A stretch of 37,862 nucleotides of DNA. Origin: Lachnospiraceae bacterium (GTDB lineage: Bacteria; Bacillota; Clostridia; Lachnospirales; Lachnospiraceae). The notes below the pieces were generated by a model, which worked only from the letters and a program-made list of their open reading frames with translations, was not told where the DNA came from and did not search any database. This document shows, piece after piece, positions 26,763 through 34,238 of the stretch. How positions within the stretch are numbered: the stretch's first letter is position 1; every line of letters starts with the position of its first letter. The stretch lies in the NCBI GenBank assembly GCA_045640465.1, contig JAZUFC010000096.1:1-37862 (forward strand). The letters run 5' to 3'. Position numbers and translations under genes: made by a program.

Positions 26763-27788
26763 ATGAAGCACAAAGGCATCCTGCATTATATCCGTCTGAC
26801 GCAGCTGAAACGGATCCTGTATCCGGTCCTTTTTCTTGCGCTGGTTTTTGCGATCCTTTTCAATCTGCCGTTTTTTGATTTCCTGGCGCTCGGAAGCATC
26901 GGTGCGGATACGCCCCTTTCGGAAGCGGTCAACAGCCGGCGGAAATACGTCCGCACGCAGGCCCGCGACCTGTACTATACCGGAGACGACTGTTATATCA
27001 ACGGCGTTCTGACCGGCCACTACTACTATCAGCTGAACGACAGCGGCTGCCGGATCTATATTCTGAAGCCGCAGGCCGGAAGACCCGCGGAGCCTTATAT
27101 CGAAAAGGCTTCCGTCACCGGAAAGCTGGAAAAATTCACTCCCGCTTCGGATCCGCTGTTTGAGGATCTTGCCGGGGAGCTGAACTGGACCGTGGAAGGT
27201 CTTACCTCCGTCTGCGATCCTTACTGTGTCAACCAGGCCTACCGGCTTCCGGCTCTGCAGATCGTGCTTCTCGTGATCACGGTGCTGGCCCTGATCGCCG
27301 GTATGATCAGCCTTTTCTACATGCTGCTTCTTCTGGCCTTTCCGAAGCTTTCCGTCACCTACAGACGGCTGAAGAACTACGGAAATGCAGATGATATTCT
27401 GGACGATGCCGAGGACGAGATCCTGCATTACGAGCTTCTCCGTCAGGGCAATATGATCCTCACCCCCAAATATCTGACAGAGCTTTCCGCGGAACAGAGC
27501 TTCATCGTTCCTCTGGAATCCGTGCTCTGGGTCTTCCACACCAGAGACATGCGTTTTTCCGTAAAAGACAAACGCCGCCGCATGTATTACGCGCTCTGGA
27601 TCATTACGATCGCAGGGGATAACTTTATACTGAAAAACCGGTCCAAGGCAGAGATCGACACGATCATGGATGTGCTGACGGACCGTTACCCGAATTTCTT
27701 CTATGACTATTCCGAAGAGCAGGAAAAGATGGTCCGCTACATCCTGCGTGAAAGCAAACGGGAACTGGCCGAGAAGAAGAACCGTTGA
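26763..27788 (+). CDS. two-TM membrane protein of unknown function
   Basis: The product is 341 aa. The TM helices are near residues 20-40 and 165-195. The long minus-strand ORF 26649-27929 is its shadow. Confidence 0.6.
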   Translation: MKHKGILHYIRLTQLKRILYPVLFLALVFAILFNLPFFDFLALGSIGADTPLSEAVNSRRKYVRTQARDLYYTGDDCYINGVLTGHYYYQLNDSGCRIYILKPQAGRPAEPYIEKASVTGKLEKFTPASDPLFEDLAGELNWTVEGLTSVCDPYCVNQAYRLPALQIVLLVITVLALIAGMISLFYMLLLLAFPKLSVTYRRLKNYGNADDILDDAEDEILHYELLRQGNMILTPKYLTELSAEQSFIVPLESVLWVFHTRDMRFSVKDKRRRMYYALWIITIAGDNFILKNRSKAEIDTIMDVLTDRYPNFFYDYSEEQEKMVRYILRESKRELAEKKNR

Positions 27789-27804
27789 AAGGAAGTGATG
27801 ACTG

Positions 27805-28473
27805 ATGCGTATGGAACGGATCAATGACCGCCAGGTGCGGTGTGTGATCACCAGTGAAGACCTTGCGGAGAGAAGCCTCTCTCTTCGTGAACTGAAATAC
27901 GGAAGCATGGAGACCGCAAAGCTTTTCAAGGAAATGCTCTCTGCCGCTTACGATGAATACGGCTTCAACGCCGACAATCTGCCGATCATGATCGAAGCTG
28001 TCCCCATGAACCGTGACGAGCTTCTGATCATTATTTCCGCTGTTGAGGATGCGGAGGAACTGGACCCGCACTTTGCGCGTTTTGCTCCTCAGGAGGATCC
28101 CGGCGCGTCTTTTTTGCAGGAGCCGAATGCAGGCACACAGGGAAGCAGCTTTCTTCCCACGGAAAACGAAAGCTTTGTGCTTTCCGTCGGTCTCGTGGAA
28201 TTCAACTCGATCGACGATGCCATCCTCTTCTGCAAACAGGTCGGGGATTCCTTCCCCGGTCATACCGCCCTGTACCGCACACCTGGCGGGCCCGGCTATC
28301 TTATGGTCATTCTGAAGCCTGATGAGATGTCCGCGCACGATTTCCATACATTCCTGAACAGTCTGATGGAATACGGAGATCTGCGGGAAGACGGACGGAT
28401 CTTATATGCCTGGCTTTCCGAACACGATTCTCCCGTCATGGAGGAACCGCTGCACATTTTGTCCGGAATGTAA
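27805..28473 (+). CDS. mecA: adaptor protein MecA (Clp adaptor family)
   Basis: The start MRMERINDRQVRCVITSEDLAERSLSLRELKYGS..AKLFKEML is the characteristic MecA N-terminal domain. The C-terminal domain is also of MecA type. Confidence 0.75.
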   Translation: MRMERINDRQVRCVITSEDLAERSLSLRELKYGSMETAKLFKEMLSAAYDEYGFNADNLPIMIEAVPMNRDELLIIISAVEDAEELDPHFARFAPQEDPGASFLQEPNAGTQGSSFLPTENESFVLSVGLVEFNSIDDAILFCKQVGDSFPGHTALYRTPGGPGYLMVILKPDEMSAHDFHTFLNSLMEYGDLREDGRILYAWLSEHDSPVMEEPLHILSGM

Positions 28474-28544
28474 GGTGTTTATGCGGCCCTGCTCCATCCG
28501 CCGCATAAGATCACCGAAATATAAAGAGAACAGGAGAAAAAGAA

Positions 28545-29177
28545 ATGCTGAATTTTGATGAACTCGCTGCTGCAATGGGAGATCTGGATGAAGACACTGT
28601 GAAAGAGATCCTGAATGGTGTAATGGATGAAGGCGGCAGTGAAGCCGACCTTGCCCTGGAAGCTTGCCAGAAGGGCATGGATCAGGTCGGAAAGCTGTTT
28701 GAAGACGGAGAATATTTTGTCGGCGATCTGATCTACGCAGGTGAACTGATGACCGATGCCGTGAATATTCTGAAGGATGCACTGGTCTCGGGCGGAAGCA
28801 GCGACGCAAAGGAAAAAATGCTCCTCTGCACCGTAAAAAACGATCTGCATGATATCGGCAAGAACATCGTGAAAGCCATGCTGGAGGCAAGCGGCTTCAA
28901 CGTGATCGATCTCGGGATCGACGTTCCCGCAGAAAAGATCGTGGAGACCGTCAAGGCGGAAAATATCCGCATCGTTGCCCTTTCCGGCGTACTGACACTT
29001 GCGATCGACTCCATGAAGGAGACCATTCAGGCCATCCGCGATGCCGGCCTCGACTGCAAGGTCATCATCGGCGGCGCCCCCGTTTCCGAAGACGCCTGCC
29101 GTATTACCGGTGCTGATGAATGGGCTCACAGCCCGCAGAAGACCGTTGAGACCTGCAGAGCGTGGGTCAAAGCGTAA
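28545..29177 (+). CDS. cobalamin-binding (corrinoid) protein, MtaC/MtbC-like
   Basis: A helical B12-binding_2 cap is followed by a Rossmann domain. The domain carries DxHxxG (DLHDIG), SxL (SGVLT) and GG (IIGGAP). Confidence 0.8.
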   Translation: MLNFDELAAAMGDLDEDTVKEILNGVMDEGGSEADLALEACQKGMDQVGKLFEDGEYFVGDLIYAGELMTDAVNILKDALVSGGSSDAKEKMLLCTVKNDLHDIGKNIVKAMLEASGFNVIDLGIDVPAEKIVETVKAENIRIVALSGVLTLAIDSMKETIQAIRDAGLDCKVIIGGAPVSEDACRITGADEWAHSPQKTVETCRAWVKA

Positions 29178-29189
29178 AACCATAGTAAG

Positions 29190-29249
29190 AAAAAAGCCGA
29201 AGGACTACAGATACTCCGATATTTGCAGTTCTTCAGCTTTTTTCTTTTT
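29190..29249. terminator. bidirectional terminator shared by the corrinoid gene (+) and the islet operon (-)
   Basis: An 18-position imperfect stem pairs 29196-29213 with 29220-29237, with 2 mismatches and 2 G-U pairs. An A6 run precedes it and T6/T5 runs follow. Confidence 0.65.
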
Positions 29250-29250
29250 G

Positions 29251-29439
29251 TTATCTCTTTTTTCCAATAGGAGGATGAAGATCCCAATCCGGAAAACAAC
29301 TTGCAAAGCCTTCCAAATTCTGCGTCAGAACGATTTTTTCAGCTTTTTCGAGTTCTGTTTCAGGTTTACCGAATAATTCACCCAATTCGTTAAAATCATC
29401 TTCCATGCTTACAATGTTTTGATTATTGTTGTCAGACAT
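29251..29439 (-). CDS. 62-aa acidic protein, unknown function (islet gene 5)
   Basis: I placed the start at the ATG at 29439, with AAGGAG 6 nt upstream; the ORF track began at the GTG at 29442. The sequence reads MSDNNNQNIVSMEDDFNELGELF...FPDWDLHPPIGKKR. Confidence 0.55.
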   Translation of the reverse strand: MSDNNNQNIVSMEDDFNELGELFGKPETELEKAEKIVLTQNLEGFASCFPDWDLHPPIGKKR

Positions 29440-29451
29440 CACTTTCTCCTT

Positions 29452-31161
29452 TTACGCCACTATATGCTCGCCTTCACTATTATACTGATCCATAATTATG
29501 CATATATCATTCCATTGACTTAATGATGATTCAAGTTTTGCCTTTCCTACGGCAATTCTATTATCAAAATCGTTATTTACTCTTGCAATACGTTTTTCAA
29601 TGGTTTTGAGCTCACTGAAGCGCATGCTGAATAATATTATACTAACAACGGTCATACCGATTGAAGCAGGAATCAAAATCGGCACAGTAATACCGCACAC
29701 AACTGCAAGCACGAACATAACTACTGAAACAAGCAGAAATGTTCTGGGTTTTTTTTCGATAGTACTGATTTCCTCTTCCCTTAATAAATTCATTGTTCTT
29801 TCATAATCTGCAGCAAGTTCGGAGAATTCTGTTCCATCATTTGATAATCCGGTCCAATCATCTAACTTCAAAGTAATTTTATCAGGGAACGAATTCTTTG
29901 CTTTATCTATATATTTTGAGTAACCGCGATTAATATAACTACTCAAGAAGGTGACTGCAGTCCTCCGTTTTGACGGGGCGGCATCCGTCTCATCAATAAT
30001 TTCACTAGACATTTTTTCTATAAAATCAAGTTTCTTCTGCTGACGTTTAATTTCTCTGCTCAAAATCTCTCTCTTAGCTTTTTCTTCATCACCCTCATAA
30101 TATTTTACAAGAGAAAGATACTCTTCTTCCCGTCTGATATCAGTCTCGGCTTTATCATAATTGCTAATTAACTGGACCAATTCGCTATCGATTGCTTTCT
30201 TCATCGTTTCCTGATCTACAAAAGCATCTTTGATGCCCTTAAAGTTTTTACGAATCACTCCATAAGAATTTACCGACCCAACAGCTGAATTGATTCTTGA
30301 AAACTCATCTGCCGTTTGAGCAAGATCCGGATACATCGACTTAACATCGATTTGAAAACGCTGACAGTAGTTTGCCCATTTTTCCTCCTGTGCTGTCTCA
30401 AAATCACCCCGATTACCGCGTATCTCATCAATCCATTTTGCAATATATCCTTGACACATATTTCTATCATCAGGACCAAAAACACCGTTTACATAAGCAT
30501 CAATATACGTAAAGGTTTCTTCTGTGATGCTTTGTGCGCTTTGTTTGGAGAAATAAATAGAAAGCCATTCAAAACCGGTTTCGATTCTTCCATTACGCCG
30601 ACAGATCAATGCCATCGCAAGTGCAGTTTTTTCTTCATCTCGCTTCATGGCCTCAGCAATCGCCCGCTCAGCGAGATTGCGGTCGTTTGAAATCCAGGCT
30701 GAAACCGCAACCAGACACGGAGAAAGCCAATACTCCGGTGTTGAAAGCATCAATTCCTCAGACACCTGTGAAATCGTATTTTTCTTAACTAAAGCCGCAT
30801 CAGTTGCCTGAATCACACCAAGCATTGTCTCACGAATGAGAGAATAGTTACCATACTTCTGTCCAATTTCCTGACGGACACGAATTAACTCACTTATGGC
30901 TTTCTGCAAAGCCGTAGCACTTTTCTGCTCCTTAACCATTTGCTGAAAGTCCTGAGTGAGCTTTAACAAATCTTGTTGAACACTATCTATTTTTCGCTCG
31001 ATTTGCGATGCCTTTCTATCGATGTCAGCTACTGTTTCGCTGACGGTTTCAACAGATTTTTTCAATTTGTTGATTTCACTAAAGTCCTTACTGAGAGAAT
31101 CTACTGACTGTTTCAGCTTACTGACCTTATCGCTGACTGTAGCAAAAGTTTCTTCTGACAT
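29452..31161 (-). CDS. 569-aa coiled-coil protein with C-proximal TM hairpin, unknown function (islet gene 4)
   Basis: An AGGAAGGA RBS precedes the start. Heptad-like charged helices run from about residue 1 to 125. The middle is helical. A hydrophobic hairpin (FLLVSVVMFVLAVVCGITVPILIPASIGMTVVSIILF) is followed by a tail of about 60 aa. Confidence 0.7.
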   Translation of the reverse strand: MSEETFATVSDKVSKLKQSVDSLSKDFSEINKLKKSVETVSETVADIDRKASQIERKIDSVQQDLLKLTQDFQQMVKEQKSATALQKAISELIRVRQEIGQKYGNYSLIRETMLGVIQATDAALVKKNTISQVSEELMLSTPEYWLSPCLVAVSAWISNDRNLAERAIAEAMKRDEEKTALAMALICRRNGRIETGFEWLSIYFSKQSAQSITEETFTYIDAYVNGVFGPDDRNMCQGYIAKWIDEIRGNRGDFETAQEEKWANYCQRFQIDVKSMYPDLAQTADEFSRINSAVGSVNSYGVIRKNFKGIKDAFVDQETMKKAIDSELVQLISNYDKAETDIRREEEYLSLVKYYEGDEEKAKREILSREIKRQQKKLDFIEKMSSEIIDETDAAPSKRRTAVTFLSSYINRGYSKYIDKAKNSFPDKITLKLDDWTGLSNDGTEFSELAADYERTMNLLREEEISTIEKKPRTFLLVSVVMFVLAVVCGITVPILIPASIGMTVVSIILFSMRFSELKTIEKRIARVNNDFDNRIAVGKAKLESSLSQWNDICIIMDQYNSEGEHIVA

Positions 31162-31202
31162 AGAGATTGTCCTTCCTAATCTATTGTAGATTACCAGAAT
31201 CT

Positions 31203-32009
31203 TTATTGTATACCTGCATCTTCTTCATATTTGCGTTTTCTTTGTTGATAAGCTCGTTGAAACATCTCTTTGTATTGGCAATCAGCCATAGAATCAATAA
31301 TCTTACCAACAGACAAAACAAAATTATCGTAGAAATAACGTGTTTTCGATTTCAGAAGAAATGTGTTGCTTGCATATGGTGAATCCGGATTGGTTTGGAT
31401 TGCAGAAAGCAATGCATAACAAAGTTTCGGGACGCCACAATGTTCTGCCAGCTCACTATAGATAGCAACCATCTCCTTTGACAAAAACCCCATTGAAGGT
31501 CTCTTACCAATCAGATATGGGCATAATTTATCCAAAAAATCGCAAATCATCTGTGCATCTCTTTCATCCTGCAAATTCTTGGCTACAACAGTAATCACAT
31601 TCTTTTCATACTCAATCAGGCTGTACGGCGAAGCCAGAAAAAGCTGCATCAATTCTTTAATTTCATCATATTCGAGCGCACTGCTTTCCGCAAAACGAAA
31701 AAAAGACTGTATGCTTCCATTTTTACCAAGTATATGTTCATCATAGTATGCCATGATATATAAAGCTGGAGCATTATCTATGAATATATTAATTACATCG
31801 TGTGCGTATTGACTTGCTGTATCGTATTTCCCGCCGACAAAGAAAGTAATCGCATTCTGTCTGCTATATGCAACCTGGCCATTAACATTCAATGTAGCTC
31901 TCGAGTAATACTCTTCTTTTCCGCACTGATTGCACAACAATACACGACGTTGTGGATCAAATGTTACATTTGTGCTTCCGCAACCGGAGCACTGCATTCC
32001 GCTTATCAA
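31203..32009 (-). CDS. zinc-ribbon plus helical-domain protein, unknown function (islet gene 3)
   Basis: The likely start is the TTG at 32009, with AGAGGAGAG about 5 nt upstream. An N-terminal ribbon (CSGCGSTNVTFDPQRRVLLCNQCG) is followed by a domain of about 220 aa with no motif I recognise. Confidence 0.6.
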   Translation of the reverse strand: MISGMQCSGCGSTNVTFDPQRRVLLCNQCGKEEYYSRATLNVNGQVAYSRQNAITFFVGGKYDTASQYAHDVINIFIDNAPALYIMAYYDEHILGKNGSIQSFFRFAESSALEYDEIKELMQLFLASPYSLIEYEKNVITVVAKNLQDERDAQMICDFLDKLCPYLIGKRPSMGFLSKEMVAIYSELAEHCGVPKLCYALLSAIQTNPDSPYASNTFLLKSKTRYFYDNFVLSVGKIIDSMADCQYKEMFQRAYQQRKRKYEEDAGIQ

Positions 32010-32035
32010 AACTACTCTCCTCTATTTCAGGCTTT

Positions 32036-32728
32036 TCAAGCCCTGGTCCTCCACATCAGCAATGCCTTATCTATCATGCCGATGATACATTCACTATTTT
32101 CATTATTATCAATAGCTTCTTGAATTCTGGAAAGTTGACTGAAAAAACACTTTTCCTTTTCAAAATTTTGAAATGATATGGTATTTGTACCATAATCAAT
32201 ATTTTCTTTTAATTTAAGAATTGATTCTTTTACAACGTCATCTTTAACACTTGCCAACATATTTTTCAAAGCGGTTGACATCCGTACGGTCTTTTCAGTT
32301 TTGTCCCGCATAATCTCATTCTTTTTCTTAAGACTTCCCAAATAGAAAAGAATATATACAGAATAAATCAAAGCCCCCGCAGTCAATATAATATTAACTG
32401 TCAAACAGATTTTTTCCGGTATCTGTGATTGGCCATTTGAATTGCCTGAAACCAGAATAAACACAGTATTCAAAATGATAGAAATACAGATATAACCAAT
32501 AGAGAAATAGGCAGGAATCACAGGCGCAGAAGTTTCATTAGGGATCTCATCTGTTTTTTGAACAAGATTCAGTATAAACACCAGTAAAAAACTGAAAGTT
32601 CCAAATGCCAGCCCACATTTTCCAACACTGCCGGCTGCAGCAATGTTGCAAAGCAAAGCAATAAGAATCAACCATGTGATTCCCAATACCGTTACCGCAA
32701 AAAGGAAAAGTTTCCTATTCATTTTCAT
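32036..32728 (-). CDS. 4-TM membrane protein with about 95-aa cytoplasmic helical tail (islet gene 2)
   Basis: I moved the start to the ATG at 32728 (MKMNRKLF...), which has GGAAGGA 8 nt upstream. This removes the 61-nt overlap with the SPFH gene. Four hydrophobic helices are followed by KKKNEIMRDKTEK... Confidence 0.65.
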   Translation of the reverse strand: MKMNRKLFLFAVTVLGITWLILIALLCNIAAAGSVGKCGLAFGTFSFLLVFILNLVQKTDEIPNETSAPVIPAYFSIGYICISIILNTVFILVSGNSNGQSQIPEKICLTVNIILTAGALIYSVYILFYLGSLKKKNEIMRDKTEKTVRMSTALKNMLASVKDDVVKESILKLKENIDYGTNTISFQNFEKEKCFFSQLSRIQEAIDNNENSECIIGMIDKALLMWRTRA

Positions 32729-32748
32729 GGCACATATCCTTCCATCAA

Positions 32749-34119
32749 TTATAGTTTCTCTCCACACTCCATGCAGAATTTGCTGTTTTGTGATAATTTG
32801 GCTCCGCATTTCGGACAGATCTGATAATCAATCATCTTTCTACCACAATTATAACAATATCTGGCTCCTTTTACCAAATGTGTTCCACAATCAGGACATA
32901 TAAGTTCATACTCTATTTTTTCTCCGCAGTTGTAACAGAAATGTGCTTCCTTAGGCAATTTTGTATTACACGCCGGACACACAGTTTCATTTTCAGAGGC
33001 AACAGTTTTCTCGGATCCAGTCTTTTGAAAAATATCGAATGTATCCTGTGCTACAGAATTTATTCCACTTCCGAATGCATTTCCAATCCCTACACCCATA
33101 CCTAATCCCATACCTGCACCTAAAAAAGATCCCGAAGAACCCTCATTTTCAGCTGCAGCATGCATGACTCCATAAGCCTTTTCTTGCTGATAAGTAAACC
33201 CTTCGCGCTCGCGCATCCGTGCCCTGGCTGCAGACTCAATATCCATCCTGACAGCATTTCCTTCTGCCTCAAGTTGATTGCGCTTTTTTTGGATTTTCAT
33301 CTCATTGATAGAAATCAAGTCCTCTTCAGGTACATTAATGTTATGAAAAGAAAAATTGTCCAAAGACAAGCCAAACTCATCAAAATATGGCATCAATTTT
33401 TCTTGAATATCTGCTGACAGTTCGGATAAATATGCACTGATTCTCATTACACCAATTTTATTGGCAACAATGCATTCTGCAAGAAGATCGGGAACATATT
33501 CGAGAATTTTCGCCCTCATAAACCCAACCAGTTCGTTTCTTGTATAATCCGAACGCGTTCCGACTATTTTCCGAAGGAACTTCGTTGCCTGAATCGAAGC
33601 AATGCTTGTATCCAACTGCTCAATATGAACACCGAACAGGCCAAACGCACGAACATGTACATTAACCTCTTCTTCAGGGTCTGACACAACAATCGGTGCA
33701 TGAGTCCCCCAGTTCAGTTCATTCATATACGTTGCATTTATAAAATATACTGTACTGTGATATGCTGACTCTCCATTGGTCAATGTATGTGAAAGGTTAC
33801 GGAACGGAGCAAAACGACTGTCACCCGTCTCCAGTTTTGCTTTACACGGTCCAATAAAAACAGCTACTTGCGAAGTAACTCCGCCCTCTTCATTCAGGGA
33901 ATTGCCGGACGCAATATTATTAACAAACACAGCAATTTGAGAAGGATGAACAATCAACTGGGAACCAGATGGAAAATCCTCAGCCTCAAACTTATGAACG
34001 ATTATAGAAGCCTCTTCATCAGTTTTAGGTTCCCATTTAATAAGATCAACAGCAAAAGCATTGAGAAGACTATGTTTTTCCATTTTGGGTTGATCGGAAT
34101 TGTTTGAAAACAATGACAT
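32749..34119 (-). CDS. SPFH/Band-7 (YdjI / COG4260-type) protein with Gly-rich linker and three C-terminal zinc ribbons (islet gene 1)
   Basis: The N-terminal DLIKWEP..IIVHKF....PSGSQLIVHPSQIAVFV matches the YdjI-family start. The linker reads GSFLGAGMGLGMGVGIGNAFGSG. Three CxxC-x10-CxxC units lie at DNA 32752-32979. A GGAGGG RBS precedes the start. Confidence 0.8.
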   Translation of the reverse strand: MSLFSNNSDQPKMEKHSLLNAFAVDLIKWEPKTDEEASIIVHKFEAEDFPSGSQLIVHPSQIAVFVNNIASGNSLNEEGGVTSQVAVFIGPCKAKLETGDSRFAPFRNLSHTLTNGESAYHSTVYFINATYMNELNWGTHAPIVVSDPEEEVNVHVRAFGLFGVHIEQLDTSIASIQATKFLRKIVGTRSDYTRNELVGFMRAKILEYVPDLLAECIVANKIGVMRISAYLSELSADIQEKLMPYFDEFGLSLDNFSFHNINVPEEDLISINEMKIQKKRNQLEAEGNAVRMDIESAARARMREREGFTYQQEKAYGVMHAAAENEGSSGSFLGAGMGLGMGVGIGNAFGSGINSVAQDTFDIFQKTGSEKTVASENETVCPACNTKLPKEAHFCYNCGEKIEYELICPDCGTHLVKGARYCYNCGRKMIDYQICPKCGAKLSQNSKFCMECGEKL

Positions 34120-34157
34120 CTCTATCCCTCCATTCCTTCAGTATCATATACTATCTG

Positions 34158-34186
34158 ATTATATTAATCTTAAGTCTATCATGCAA
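34158..34186 (-). promoter_or_regulatory. islet promoter TTGCAT-17-TATAAT
   Basis: On the minus strand the -35 element is at 34186-34181 and the -10 at 34163-34158, with an exact 17-nt spacer. It lies about 40 nt upstream of the SPFH start. Confidence 0.6.
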
Positions 34187-34238
34187 AAAAAGATTTATCA
34201 ACACATCTTCTGTGTGAACTGAACAGCTTGAATGCTCA

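Larger units (their letters stand above)
29180..34238 (-). other. low-GC genomic islet: self-contained five-gene operon with no mobility genes
   Basis: Hand-counted 60-nt lines inside the islet are 30-35% GC (lines starting at 30001, 31501 and 33001). Flanking lines are 55-58% GC (lines starting at 28861 and 35401). The boundaries coincide with the intergenic edges. Codons inside end mostly in A/T, unlike the neighbouring genes. Confidence 0.8.

Noticed and set aside
29180-34238. The low-GC islet as a prophage remnant, IS, ICE or integron cassette
   Set aside because: No integrase, transposase, recombinase, phage structural gene, tRNA attachment site, attC-like site or flanking direct/inverted repeats are visible by eye. 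The only shared flank strings are trivial hexamers such as cagctt.
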